From Lingula anatina (Eukaryota > Animalia > Brachiopoda): 64,000 bases of DNA. Made by a program: the position numbers and the translations under genes. Each line of letters opens with the position of its first letter. The first letter of the stretch is position 1. The DNA lies in the NCBI GenBank assembly GCA_051362555.1, contig CM120649.1, positions 4,588,001 to 4,652,000 of the forward strand, written 5' to 3'. The notes below the pieces were generated by a model that saw only the letters and a program-made list of their open reading frames with translations, did not search any database and was not told the origin of the DNA. Below are positions 13,051 to 26,847 of this stretch, piece by piece.

Positions 13051-14565
13051 CTTTGACGACGGCAGGAACTTGGTGGACGTGATGACGATAGAGGAGAAGC
13101 TACCTCGAATTTTTGGCAGAGAGACAGACGTACAAACAAATACTTATAAGAAAAAAAAGCAACCTGCACTCACTCACACAGGTTGCATTCATTATAATTT
13201 ATTTCCGTCTATGGGTCAACCAATCGGCTTACCCCACTCTGAATGTTATTTTCACACATTCCTTTTTTTAGTGCAAATACGTGATTCCATGGCTTACTAA
13301 AACCTTGATAACGACATTGAAGCGGGGAATACAAGATAATTATTACGTATTCCTTTATAACTTAGGCATGTTGCTGAAGTAAACATCTCTTCTATTGACA
13401 CCTGCTCCATAGATACATGGAAAGTAAAGAAAGTATGCTATTTGAATTGCAGTTGAATTCTTTACTTTTAAAGGTATTACAGAGACAGATTACTTACGAT
13501 AACTTACTCAAATTACCTACACAGACTATTCAGAATTGCGTGATACGATACATGCACGATTCCTTTTGCAATGTAAACTGATTCAATTGAAATACATTTG
13601 AGACGTTCGTGGAAGAAAAATACGGGTAATGACGCTCTTTACAGGAAGGTAATGGACGGGACAACTTGTAAACGTTAACACAAAATTTAAAAACCGTTTT
13701 AATCACACACATTCGACACATTCTAAATAAAAGGACGCTTAAATCTTAAATCTTTCATTAAAATATCACTGGTAATTAAAGGCAAATAAATAAACTCTAA
13801 TATTGGACAATCACGTAGATCCGGTGGACGTTTTTGCAGATACTCCGACGTTTCGACCTTTATCAAAAGGACACCATCATGGAACTGTCACTGCAGGGGA
13901 CACGTCTGGTGGTATGGCAGCCGCCACGTGACAGTCGGCACGGAATCGCCTTGTGTGGAACCGGGCCCTGGCGGCGATTCGTTGCCGACTGTCACGTGAC
14001 GACTGCAATAAAGCACTGACAGATATGCTCACAAATAAAATAAAACACAAAGTTTTGATCATGCTTGTGAATTAATTTTATGAAAGGAACTCGCTTTTTA
14101 TATCGTGAAGTTAAAATTCATAAATTACAATACAGGTTTTCCATAGCATACAATTAAACGAATAACGACATTACCACTGAAGGTAAACCCCAACTTAAAA
14201 TTTCGGATAATAAAAGAAATTCACTGGTAGTTTGAGTACAGTTATAATATATTTAAAACCGAAAACCAGGTTTAAGCTATCGCATTGTTTTATTCAAATC
14301 GCTCGATGTGTGCTGATGTATAGTAAATTACATTAGGGATAGAAAGAAGTTATACATGTGCAAATTTCTTGATTTATTGCTTATGGTCTCAAATTGAAAA
14401 GTAACAGAAATTGAACTTTTTTTTCTATGTTTAACTCTGAAAACATAAATTTGTCAGTAAAGTCATAATTAATAAATTCACAGCTTGTGATACTCATTTC
14501 CAAATATCGTAGGAATTAACGGAAACAAACTTAGCGCATTTGCAGCTGGACTCCTGTCTGCATAT

Positions 14566-17470
14566 TTAAGGAACAGCCCTTGTAACGGGAAATGCTGTTT
14601 GATTCACCCGTGGCAGTGTAGGATAATATATCAATGACGCACGATAATAGGCCGCACAGGTGTGGTACCTCATAACGCATTTCACCCAACGACGGGTGCC
14701 CGGGATATACACCCAAGAGGCAATGTCGTTGATCACAGTCCAGTTGACATTGTCACCAATAGCCACGACGCAAATGATTATTCCTGAAATAATGACGAAG
14801 ACGTGTATTCATGCAGCAGAAAAAATAATAAAGAACAAAATGCATTCAGAATAATGATAAAAATAAAGGCCCTTGTCCCAGTTTTCCCGATCTTAAATGT
14901 TTATAATGACAGCATTTGTTTAAGGTAGACAGCCTATATCCTTGATTTCTAGTTTTAAAATTACCTTTCCTTTTCATAACATTTGCCCTGGGCCTCGGGT
15001 CACCCCCATAATTATAGCGTCCGTCAGTCATTATCCAGACTAGGCGTTTTCCAGAGGTACCGAGCTGAATACTACACAACGCCAAAGCATGATTTATATT
15101 CGTCAGACCACCTGTAAATAATGTGAACTTGTTTTTACTGTGTCTAAAAGACAGCCAAGTATAAAGATTGGATATAATCTCCTCAATGATTCTGCACAAT
15201 TATTTGATAAATTGATAAAGAAGTCGAATTTTACATAACACTGTTTGTGTTTCAGTCTGTGTGCGTGTGCCTGATATACCTGTACACATTTATGTGTGAG
15301 ATAATACACTGTCACCCTCTCGCGATATATGCCATGACACCTCTCGCGTATCGCGTCAGCAAGAGGTGTTCATGGTATATATCGCGAGAGGGTGACAGTG
15401 TTTTATTTGACATGCATACCGAGAAAAAAAAACAGTCATTTCATCTTAAAACACCCCTAAAGTGACCCTTTATCACGCTCTAGAGATGTTATACGAAAAA
15501 AATTCGTCCACGTGCGCTAGTCATCTCCCGCCAAATTCTTACGTAATGTCTGACCAATTTGGTCAATTTTTGCTAAATACTTGTCGTGGACGTTCAACTG
15601 GCCTGAAAGGTACTTAATCAACTGTCGACACTGACCATGCGAGTCTCAGCTGAGCCACACCTAGCTGGAACTGCTGCGGAAAAAGGTCCCGAGGCAAAAC
15701 CTCTACTTTTTAGTGACATTTGTGATAAAAAAGCAGCGTCGGACCGGAATATAGTCAAACTAATTCTTCACAAGTGCAAAAGAGAAAGAAATTTATTTTT
15801 TGGTGATATTTCTGACAACGAGGCAATTCAGAATATAGTCAAAATCGATGGATGTTTATTACAAGTTCACGGGAGTAATAATTCTTGTTTTTTATTGTTA
15901 TTTCTGACGACGAGGCGGTTACGGAATATAGTCAAAATCAAACGGATGTTTATTTCAAGTCCACAGGAGTAATAATTCTACGTTTCGGTGACATTTTTTA
16001 CTACGAGGCGGTTTCGGAATATACATGTGCTGGTTTTCAGAGTATTCTTGTGCTACATGTAATTGCAAGTTCAAAAACATTTGATTTTTACCGATATATC
16101 TGATACAGAGGAAGAATGCACAGTTTGAAAACAAAAGGTAATTAACACAACCCTCGTTAAAAAGTTTAAGATTTACAAATACTTTGAATACACGTGTGGC
16201 TTAAATTTAAACTAATTCCCGTTTTCAAACCATACCCATATGATATGTAATAAAATGATAAATAATAATTGTTAAACGTGAAAAGTTTATGCTAATTTTT
16301 TTTAAGAGTGTGAGAGATTTTTAATTTGTCTACTGGTAGGAATATAACGTAAGCAACGTCACTATTCTCTTGATGCCAAGAAGGTCACATGATCACTCTG
16401 TCTTTGGCTTTCAGCATTTAAGAGACCTCGACTGATTTAACCAAGATGTAGTCGTGAAATTCTAGACTAAATCGAGGTTAAATCCGAGTTTTCCGAGAGA
16501 CGCTAAGCAGAAATGTCGAGACATTTTTGGTAGCGGCTCGAGGTTGCCCTTGATCTTCACTGAAGCTTGGCTAATTGGCCAGGCTTCAGTGAGCATCATA
16601 TCGCCACGGTCATATAACATCCCTATTATGTGGGTGCCAGTCTTATCTAACATAGGCGTGCCTGAGCGAATGTGTGTGTGTGTGTGTGTGTGCGTGTGTG
16701 TGTGTTTGTGACAAGTTCACAGTATATTAAATATTATGAGGTAAATTTTGTTTTGAATGCTTTGACCTTACCCGACCCTTTCGGCACGGCGGCAATAGCC
16801 GCAGCATTCTGTGGGTAGAACGGGTGAGTCCCCAGGGCGAAGATGAACTGTGCCCAGGTAGAGAAGCGTACCAGACCGATCCTATGTTTCCAAGGTGCTA
16901 TACTATTCGGGCCAGGAGTGTTGTCGATGATGGTAAGGATGTTCTGAAACACATTTTATATGAAGGTAAATCAAATCGTTTGCTATGTGTACGTACAAGT
17001 TGCACGAATGTCTAAAAAGAAACATTAGTAAATCTGGGCTATAATAAGCAAACGCTTTTAGCAGCTTTTCCAAGCGGATGCTTGCCAGGAAAACCCATTT
17101 CAGTGAACATGCTCACATATCTCATTATTGTGCATGCATAGTTATACATTTCACATTGCTACAAAAACTAGATTTGTTTCATTATATATTTGGTGTTAGT
17201 GATAGCAGTTGAAAGGAAGAAAAGGCAAAAATAAACTAATTTCTTAATAAAATCGCAGCCAGTGTATCTTACAATGGTCGAAGATTTGGAGCACGTCCAC
17301 TCAGAGTTACTTATGCTGCCGCTGCTGTCTAAAGCAAACATCACTTTCCAGTAGGGAGGAGCACCGCCCATAAGAGCTTGTATGACTTGGTGAGGTGTGA
17401 GAGCCTCTGAGCCCAGATCATTGAAGGCGATTCCAACAACAACCAGAAATACCAGCGCAGCTAACTTCAT
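14566..17470 (-). CDS. Secreted single-domain vWA protein, copy 2 (244 aa)
   Basis: Exons 17470-17273, 16943-16772, 15111-14965, 14783-14566 join in frame. MIDAS DSSGS/T/D is intact. Confidence 0.92.
15296..16630. mobile_element. ~1.3 kb insertion in intron 2 of vWA copy 2 (non-autonomous transposon)
   Basis: Absent from the homologous intron of copy 3. Hairpin CACTGTCACCCTCTCGCGATATA...TATATCGCGAGAGGGTGACAGTG at 15308-15400. Imperfect internal tandem repeats at ~15705-16025. Boundaries are approximate. Confidence 0.7.
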
Positions 17471-17554
17471 CTTCAGTGACGGCAGGAACTTGGTGGACGT
17501 GCAGATGGTAGAACAGAGCTCACTCGGTTCTTTAACAGAAAGACGGAAATCCAA

Positions 17555-17645
17555 ACAGATATTTATACAGAACACTAACTTGCACTTACTGGGACAAATT
17601 GCAGTCACAATGATTTATTTCCATGTATGGGCCAATCACTCTGAG
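17555..17645 (-). promoter_or_regulatory. vWA core promoter: TATA plus CCAAT box
   Basis: TATAAAT (minus) lies ~95 bp upstream of the ATG and GCCAATCAC at ~17631. The same arrangement occurs at ~21900-21980 and ~26938-27016, and a variant at ~13140-13228. Confidence 0.6.
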
Positions 17646-18219
17646 TGTTATTTTCAAACGCAACTTATTTCCGCAAAAGTACGTGTTTTTATGACCCACT
17701 TTAACTTTGAAGACCACGTGATAGCAGTTTGTACACGGCAATGATCAGGTACTCCTAAGACATTGATCATTTGTCGAGGTAAACATTGTCTTTTTAACAT
17801 TTTTTATTACACAGATTCGTGGAAAGAATGCGAATATGAATTGCATTTGGGTACTTTGCTTTAAAAGGTATTGCATAATCAGAAGATTATTAACTATTGC
17901 GTGAAACGAGAACCTGGTGGAGTGTTTGCTCTCGAATTAAAAAGCATTTAGACGTTAATACTTGGAAGCAAACATAAATAAGTGAGCAATGATATTCCCT
18001 GAATAAAGAAAGCATGGAGGAAGGAAGGGGCGCCTTGTGCACAAAAAAAAAAAAAATAAATAAATAAATAAATGTCTCCAACACGCAAATTAAAAAAAGT
18101 AGACGTTTTTTAAAACTTTCATGAAAATATTACTGGCAACAGTGACGTACTCGGTTTTTGATATTTATTATTATTATTATTATTATTATCATTATTATTT
18201 TTATTAATGATATTATTAC

Positions 18220-18267
<48 letters not shown>

Positions 18268-20260
18268 ACAAAGACTGTGAAGTTGGAAAAATGAAGCCTT
18301 CTTCGGCCATCTTTTTGCTCTCTCCATCATTTTTAGTTTGCACACGAAGCACGAAGGTAAGCACACGTGCTGTGACAGTGTTTTGAATAAAACATAAACA
18401 TGTATCACAAAAAAGCTGGTAGAAAGAATATATACATATAATTGCATACATATACAATAAATTATTATGTCGTTTTCCCAAGCAGTAAACAACCACCGAC
18501 ATCCCTTTATATCTTTCACAAGCCCTGGATGTGCATATGAAAACATGTGAACTTCTAATACTAAATCATTGCCTGAGTTTTCCGTCCACAAGTAATGCAA
18601 TAGAGTAATGATCATTTTTTGTAAAAATATTATGCAAATAGTAAATAATTGTGCTAGGTGAAGGGTTACGCGTTATGTTAAATTCCATTGAGAAATGCTA
18701 TGCTCCAAAAGGGTTTGAACATGTATAAGAATGAAAGCCACAAGGTCGTTCTCATATCATAAATGTTGGCCTATGACCTTTATCAAGTCAAGAAGAGGAA
18801 TTTGATGGTATGATGGTACTTGTATATATTTACATCGCAAAACATTCAAACAAATAAGTACTGGAAAACTCTTTAATTGGTAAACTGAACTTCTTACAAG
18901 TTTAAGGTATAATCCAGTGATCTATGACAAGGACTAAAATGGTGTATGAAAAAAAGAATGAATTATTATTATTATTATTATTATTATTAGTGATGTGGCG
19001 TTTTAATTCTCCTGAGAAATCCCTACATATCCATGGTCGCGGTTTTTAATTTTGCAGACATATCTTTATCTCATTCATATCTTTCATTCAACATTTTAAG
19101 ATCTCTGCACTCATTTTGCACACGCTGTACTCAGGTAAACACAAGTTGAAGAAAGGGTATCCTGAATTAAACAAGATTTGACACTGCCATTTTCCTAAAG
19201 AGTGCATGGACTGTCACGTAGATCTGCTGGGTGAAATGCAGGAACTCCGACGTTTCTTCCTTTATTACGAGGACATTCTCAGGAAACTGTCACTATTTGT
19301 ACGTAGTATACAGTCGACATTGCCGTCGTTACTTGGCATTGAACACGAAATCTCAATGTGTGGGACCGGTGTAAAGTGACAGAGAATCCCCCATGATATA
19401 GAGTACGTTTCCCATTCATTTGTATAAGTAATCCTCGCCCTAGATATTGACCTACTTAGGTCAGACAAACCCTAAACAATATAACTATATGGAGGGCGGA
19501 CTTTCTACTACACGGAAACTTAGCTTCGTTACACCGGGCCCTGGAGGTGATTCCGTAACGATTGTCACGTGACGACTGTAATAAAGCGACAATATAAACG
19601 TTCCGAATAAAACAAAACGCATATCTTTGATCATGGTCATAATTTGATTTAGTAGAGAAACCTGCCTTTGGTATCGTGAAATGAACATTAATAAATTAAG
19701 ATCGGCATTTTTCAAAGCATATAGAAAGCTGTTGAATGGTTTTAATTATAAAACATGCTTCAATGAAACAAATCGTGATATTTACCACTGGAGGAAAACC
19801 CACACTTTAAATGTCGGATAATAGGTGAAGTTTACAGGTAGCTTAAGTACAGAAATAGCATATTTAAGACCGAACCCCAAATGTAAGCTATTAGAATGTT
19901 TTATTCAAATTGCTGGATGTGTGCTGGTGCACACTAAATTACTGGAACATTGGAACATAAGTAAATCGCACAGGTGCAACTGTCTAGATGTATTGCTTAT
20001 TGTTTCACATTGAAAATCAAAAGGAATTGAACAGTTGAAATGTGTACACTTAACACTGAATACACAAATTCACCAGTAAATTAATAATTTATACATTCAC
20101 AGCTTTTGATACTCAGTTCCAAATATAGTACGAATTAACGGAAATACAATTAGCACATCTCCTGTCTGCATATTTAGGGAACAGCCTGTGCGACGGGAAG
20201 TACTGGCTGTTGCACCGGTGACAGTATAGGTTATATCAGTGAGGCAAGATAATAAACCGT

Positions 20261-21009
20261 TCAGGTGCGGTAGCTCATAACACATTTCACAGTACGACGG
20301 AGCCTCGGGATATACACCCAAGAGGCAATGCTGCTGATCACAGTCCAGTTGACATTGTCGCCAACAGCAACGACGCAAATGATTATTCCTGAAATAATAA
20401 CAAAGACGCGTATTTATACAGTAGAAAAAAGAATAAAGAACAAAATGTCTTCAGAATAATGATAAAAATAAAGACCCTTGTCCCAACTTCCCCGATCTTA
20501 AATGATTATAATGACAGCTTTTGTTTAAGGTAGACAGCATATATCCTTGATGTCTAGTCTTAGTACATACCATTCTTTTTCATAGTATCTGCCCTGGGCT
20601 TCGGGTCACCCCCATAATTAAAGCGTCCATCAGTCATTATCCAGACTAGGCGTTTTCCAGAGGTACCAAGCTGAATACTACACAACGCCAAAGCATGATT
20701 TATATTCGTCAGACCACCTGTAAATAATGTGAACCCGTTTTCACCTTTCAATTAAATATGTTTAAAACACATGCGGTTTAGTGCCACGCAGCACGTACAG
20801 CAAAGTAAAAGGGTTGGATATAAATGAAAGTAAACAATCTCCTCAGTGATTCTACACGATATTTTGATAAATTGATAAAGAGGTCGAAATTTACATAACA
20901 CTGAGTTTTTCAGTCTGTGTGCGTTTGCCTGACATACCCGTTCATGTTTATATATCTGAAAGCACGCGCTTGGGTGCCAGACTTTTCTATCATAGGTGCA
21001 CCTGAGCAA

Positions 21010-21051
<42 letters not shown>

Positions 21052-21809
21052 CAAGTTCACAGTATAGTAAATATTACGAGCTAAATTTTGCTTTCAATGC
21101 ATTGACCTTACCCGGCCCTTTCGGCACGGCGGCAATAGCTGCATCATTCTGTGGGTAGAACGGGTGAGTCCCCAGGGCGAAGATGACATATGCCCAGGTA
21201 GAGAAGCGTACAAGACCAATCTTATGTTTCCAAGGTGCAATACTATTCAGGCCAGGAGTGTTGTTGATGATGGCAAGGATGTTCTGGAACACGATTTATA
21301 TGAAGGTAAATCAAATCGTTTGCTATGTGTTGCATGAGTGTCTAAAAAGAAACATTAGTGAATCAGGGCTATAATAAGCAAAAGCTTTTAGTAGCTTTCC
21401 CAAACGGATGCTTGCCAGGAAAACCCATTTCAGTGAGCTTATTCACATATCTTATCATTGAGCACGCATACTCAACATTGCTATAAAACCTAGGTTTGTT
21501 TAATAAAATATTTGGTGTCATTGATGGCAGTTGAAAGGGAGTAGTGGGGAAGAAAATATAAGCCAAAAATAAACTAAATTCTTAATAAAATACGGAGCCA
21601 GTGTATCTTACCCTGGTCGAAGATATGGAGCACGACCACTCAGAGTAACTTATGGCGCCGCTGCTGTCTAAAGCAAACATCATTTTCCAGTAGGGAGGAG
21701 CGCCGCCCATCAGAGCTTGGATGACTTGGTGAGGTGTGACAGCCTCGGAGCCTAAACCAGTGAAGGCGATTCCAACAGCAACCAGCAGCATCAGCGCAGC
21801 TAACTTCAT
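20261..21809 (-). pseudogene. vWA copy 3: C-terminally truncated with degenerate MIDAS (pseudogene or decoy, 214 aa)
   Basis: Exons 21809-21612, 21283-21112, 20717-20571, 20388-20261. TGT(Cys) has become TGA at 20263-20261 and a second stop follows 10 codons later. DxSxS has become DSSGA. Confidence 0.7.
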
Positions 21810-24450
21810 TTTCAGTGACGGCAGGGACTTGGTCCACGTGGAGGTGAAAGAAGAGAGTTAACTCGGTTCTTTAACAGAAAGAAGCAAATCCAAACAGACA
21901 TTTATACAGAACACTAACTTGCACTTACTGAGACAAATTGCAGTCACAATGATTTATTTCTGTGTATGGGCCAATCACTCTGAGTGTTATTTTCACACGT
22001 AAATTATTTCCGCAAAAATTCGTTGATTCCATGACCTACTTTAACTTTGAGAACCACATGACAGCAGTTTGTACACGACAATGACCAGGTACTCCTAGGA
22101 CATTGATAATTTTTCGAGGAAAACAATGCCCTTTTCTACACTTGTCCCATCGATTCGTGGAAAATATGTGAATTTGAATTGCAATTGGGTACTTTACTTT
22201 AAGAGGTATTGCATAATCAGAAGATTATTTAGTATTGCGTGAAACGAGAGCCTGGTGCAATGGTGTTTGCTCTCAAATAAAAAAAGACATTTAGACGTTA
22301 ATACTTGGAAGGATTCATAAATAAGTGAACAGTGATATTCTCTGAATAAAGGAAGAACAAAATAAAAACGTCTTCAACACGCAAATTAGAAGAAGTAAAC
22401 TTTCATGAAAATATTACTGGCAACAGTGACGTACTCGGTTTTTGATATTTATTATTATTATTATTATTATTATAATTATTATTATTATTATTAATTTTAT
22501 AATTGTACAAAGACACAAAGACACCCAATACAGTGAAGTTGGAAAAAGGAAGCCTTCTTCGGCCATCTTTAAGCTCTCTCCATCACATTTAGTTTGCACA
22601 CGAAGCACAAAGGTAAGCACACGTTGTTACAACAGTGTTTTGAATAAAACATAAACAAGTATGAGAAAATAGCTTGTGTTGAGGGAATTAATACATATAA
22701 TTGCATATATATGTACAATAAATTATTATGTCGTTTTCTCAAACAGTAAACAACCACCGACATCCCTTTATATATTTTATAAGCCCTGGATGTGCATATG
22801 AAAACACATATTTTGTGAATTTCTAATACCAAAGCATTGCCTCAGTATTCCGTCCAAAAGTAATGCAATAGAGGGATGTCCATATGTTTTGTAAAATCAA
22901 TATGGAAAGAGTAAATAATTGTGCTATAGGTGAAGGGTTACACGTTATTTTAAATTCCATTGAGAAACGCTATGCTCCAAAGTGGTTTGTACATGTATAA
23001 GAATGAATACCCCAGTATCGATCTCATATCATGAATTTTGGCCTCTGAACTTCATCGAGTCAAGAACAGAAAAATGAAAAAAAAGAAAGAAAAATAAAAA
23101 TCCAAAACTTCAAAAGAACCCTTATTATAAAATGATGTGATGCAGGGAACCTTACAATTCGCGGATTTGTTAGCTTCAATTCCAAAATATTAAATCATTT
23201 TTAATTTCTTTTTAATTTATATTATTTATTTATTCATTTATTTATTTATTTATTTTTTTTTTTTTTTGAGACACGATGAGCTATCTTTAATTCGCTAATT
23301 TTCGATATTTTAAATTATGCATTAGTCCTGAAATGAAGAAACATGTAAGGATTCAATTCAGCAGAAAAACGGAGAAATTGTTGAAACTTGCCTTATTTAA
23401 TTGTTATGATTTCCACATTATTCTATGGCCCTGCATTAAATAAATTTAAGATTATGTGGGCCAACCTCTTGATTGCTTCCATGCTGAATGTCGATGTCAA
23501 ATATGAGCAGTCGATTGATTAATGGCACCAGTATATGTCTTTAGTGGAACTCCATTATTATTTGGAAATACCGTTATCATATAGAAAAGATGAATATCTT
23601 ATAAATAAATTTCGATGTGTGTACTTTTTATAAAATATACCCTAAACAACATCTATCTTATCTACCCTATCCAATTATCCACGCGTAATATTTTTTTCTC
23701 TGTAATTACGTGATTCCGTGGGGAACTGTAACTTAGAAAACGGCATCATAACAGTTAATAGCAGATAGTTATCAGGTTTTCCTTGCAGACATAGGACGCA
23801 TACAGATTCACTGATGGGCAGTACTCCATATATATGGCGTCACCCACTTGAAAGAGTGCATAGATTTAATTGCTCTGTCCCTGCTGTGGCGGCGCACGGA
23901 AATCCACTGTCAAATGCGCGTCATATTTGATAACTTCTGAATGCGCCCATAGACATGTTGCCCAGGTCAACATCTCTGCTATTCACACCAGAATACCCAT
24001 ACCGGTAGGCTCTTGGAAAGTATATGGATTTGAATTGCAAGAAAAATCTTAACTTCAATATTTTTTTCTCACAGAGATTATTTACCACTGCTTGAAAGCG
24101 GGAGTCTGGTGCAATGTTTGCCGTTTCCATTTAAAAGATCGTTTAAGACGTTAGTTCCTGGAAAGTAGCACCAATTATTTAAATGATGTTTTTTGTACAA
24201 ACGCAATGGGAGGAACAACGTATGGACATTAAAACAGAGACAAAAAACCACAGACAACGAACTTGAGTCACATGGCTCTCATTGTCATATGATTACTCAT
24301 ACCAGTTACCTTTAATACAAGAGCGTTAAAACTGTTTAAAAATAAAACAACCAGTCGTTAGGTGTTTTAAGTGATGCACACTTTATACTATATGCATTAT
24401 TTGTCTCAATCTGCTAGCTAGGAAAAGGCAGGTAGCATAATAATTATAAC

Positions 24451-24505
<55 letters not shown>

Positions 24506-25118
24506 TATGCACGGGGTTACTATTAAATAAGTAAATGAATAAATAAAATTGATGTCTAATTTTAGAGTTTGTCGTTTTCATTTAAAAGGCATTTTAAGAC
24601 GTAAGAACCTTGAAGCTAACACCGATTATTGCAATGATGGTCTTTGTACCAGAGCAGTGGAAGGATCAACGTATTAACATTAAACCAGACGCAAATATTA
24701 TAGACGTCTCTATCACGCAATTTAAAGAAATCCACGTTTTATCAAATTTCAATCGTCGGATGATATGTGAAATTCACTGGTAGTTAAAGTACAGTAATAG
24801 CATATTTAAGACCGAAACACAGTTATAAGATATTTTAGTGTTTTATTCAATATGCTCAATGTGTACTGGTGTACACTAAATTACATAGGGATAGAAGAAG
24901 GTTATACATGTGCAAATTTCTTGATTTACTGTTTTAATGGTCTCAAATTGAAGTGACAGAAATTGAACGTTTCATTTCTATGTTTAACCCTGAATACATA
25001 AATTCCTCAGCAAAGTCATAATTAATACATTCACAGCAGGTGCTGTAAAGTTCCAAGTATAGTAAGAATTAACGAAAACAAACGTAACACATCTGCAGCT
25101 GGACTCCTGTCTGCATAT

Positions 25119-26300
25119 TTAGGGAGCAGCCTGTGCGACGGGAAGTACTGGTTGTTGCACCGGTGACAGTATTGGATAATATATCAATGAGGCACGATAA
25201 TAGGCCGCACAGGTGTGGTACCTCATAACGCATTTCACCCAACGACCGAGGCTCGGGATATACACCCAAGAGGCAATGTCGTTAATCACAGTCCAGTTGA
25301 CATTGTCGCCAACTGCCACGACGCAAATTATTATTCCTGAAATAATGACAAAGACGTGTATTCATGCACTAGAAAAAAAGAATAAAGAAAAAAAAAGTGT
25401 CTTCAGAATAATGATAAAAATAAAGGCCCTATTTATATATAATTGTTCCAACTTCCCCAATCTCATATGTTCATATGACCGCATTTGTTTAAACTCGACA
25501 GCCTACAGGGTGTATCAAAAAAGTGAACACTTATAAAAATACCCAGAATGTTAAAAATTAAAAATTTTATTTCATATAACAAATGTAATGTAAATATAGG
25601 TTCGAAGGATAAATTTTTTTAATGCTGGGTATTTTCTAAGTGTTCACTTTTTTCATACCCCCTGTATATCCTTGACGTCTTGTATTAGTACATACCTTTC
25701 TTTTTCATAGCATCTGCCCTGGGCCTTGGGTCACCCCCATAATTATACTGCCCATCAGTCATTATCCAGACGAGGCGCTTGCCATAGTAACCAAGCTGAC
25801 CATAACACTTCAATAAAGCATTGTTTATATTCGTCACACCACCTGTAAATTAAATGGAGCTGTAAGTGTTGGGACGAAAGCTTTCAGCTACGATTTCAGT
25901 TTATTGTGTAGAAAGTGAACCTGCAGTTTTAAATTTTATCATTATGAATTATCTGCAAATATATGAGAATAACTATTAAGACTGCAGACTTGACTTAGCT
26001 GCTGAGACGCTGTATTAAAGTGACTGTCCCTAAACTTAAATATGTATCGGTCTTACCATTTTTCGCCACGGCGCCAATAGCATTGCGATTGGCAGTGTAG
26101 AACGAATGGGTCTCCAGGGCAAAGATAAGCTGTGCCCAGGTAGAGAAGCGTACCAGAGCAATCTTATGTTTTCCAGGGGCTATACTATTCGTTCCAGGAG
26201 TGTTGTTGATGATGGCAAGGATGTTCTGAAACAATATTTATTCAAAGGTAACCCAGTATTTTTTTCAAGTTGCACAACTGCCCAACGCCCCCCCACCAAA

Positions 26301-26357
<57 letters not shown>

Positions 26358-26847
26358 CTCGACCTCTCTTGATGCCTGGCCCCATTTCTCAAAGCGATGC
26401 GTGCCATAAAATCGAGTTACAGTGAACTAATATACAAATCCTATTTCATGGTCGAATTGTCGACGGGCATGCGAAATTTATTTAAATCTCTTCTTTTCTA
26501 ACATGCTTATTCGATATTATTTCGTTTCCTCATCTTATGTTTCCGGTGGGTGTTAAAAGAAAATAATAGCGGGAAAATCCACACAAAATAAGGTTATCGA
26601 CCAAGAAGCAAACCAATTCGATAATAAAATCAGTGCACATGTATTTTACTTTGGTCGATCCTTTGGAGCACGACCACTCAGAATCGCTAATGCTGCCGCT
26701 GCTGTCCAATGCAAAACAAACTTCCCAGTAGGGAGGAGCACCGCCCATCAGAGCTTGGATCACTTGGTAAGGTGTGAGAGCCTCAGCGCCCAGACCATTG
26801 AAGGCCATTCCAACAGCAACCAACAGCACCAGCGCAGCTAACTTCAT
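25119..26847 (-). CDS. Secreted single-domain vWA protein, copy 4 (243 aa)
   Basis: Exons 26847-26650, 26225-26057, 25842-25696, 25336-25119 join in frame. DSSGS, GGVTN and WIMTDG are present. Confidence 0.92.
25506..25664. mobile_element. Tc1/mariner-type MITE
   Basis: TA|CAGGGTGTATCAAAAAAGTGAACACTT...AAGTGTTCACTTTTTTCATACCCCCTG|TA. The paralogous intron at ~14930 has the empty site cagcctatatcc, confirming a TA TSD. Confidence 0.9.

Noticed and set aside
13840-13870. GACGTTTCG motif suggesting a Penelope hammerhead ribozyme
   Set aside because: The minus strand reads TTGATAAA instead of the CUGANGA core, and there is no convincing stem II.
15700-16030. Spaced repeats resembling a CRISPR array
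   Set aside because: Imperfect contiguous tandem units inside a eukaryotic intronic insertion, with no unique spacers and no cas genes.
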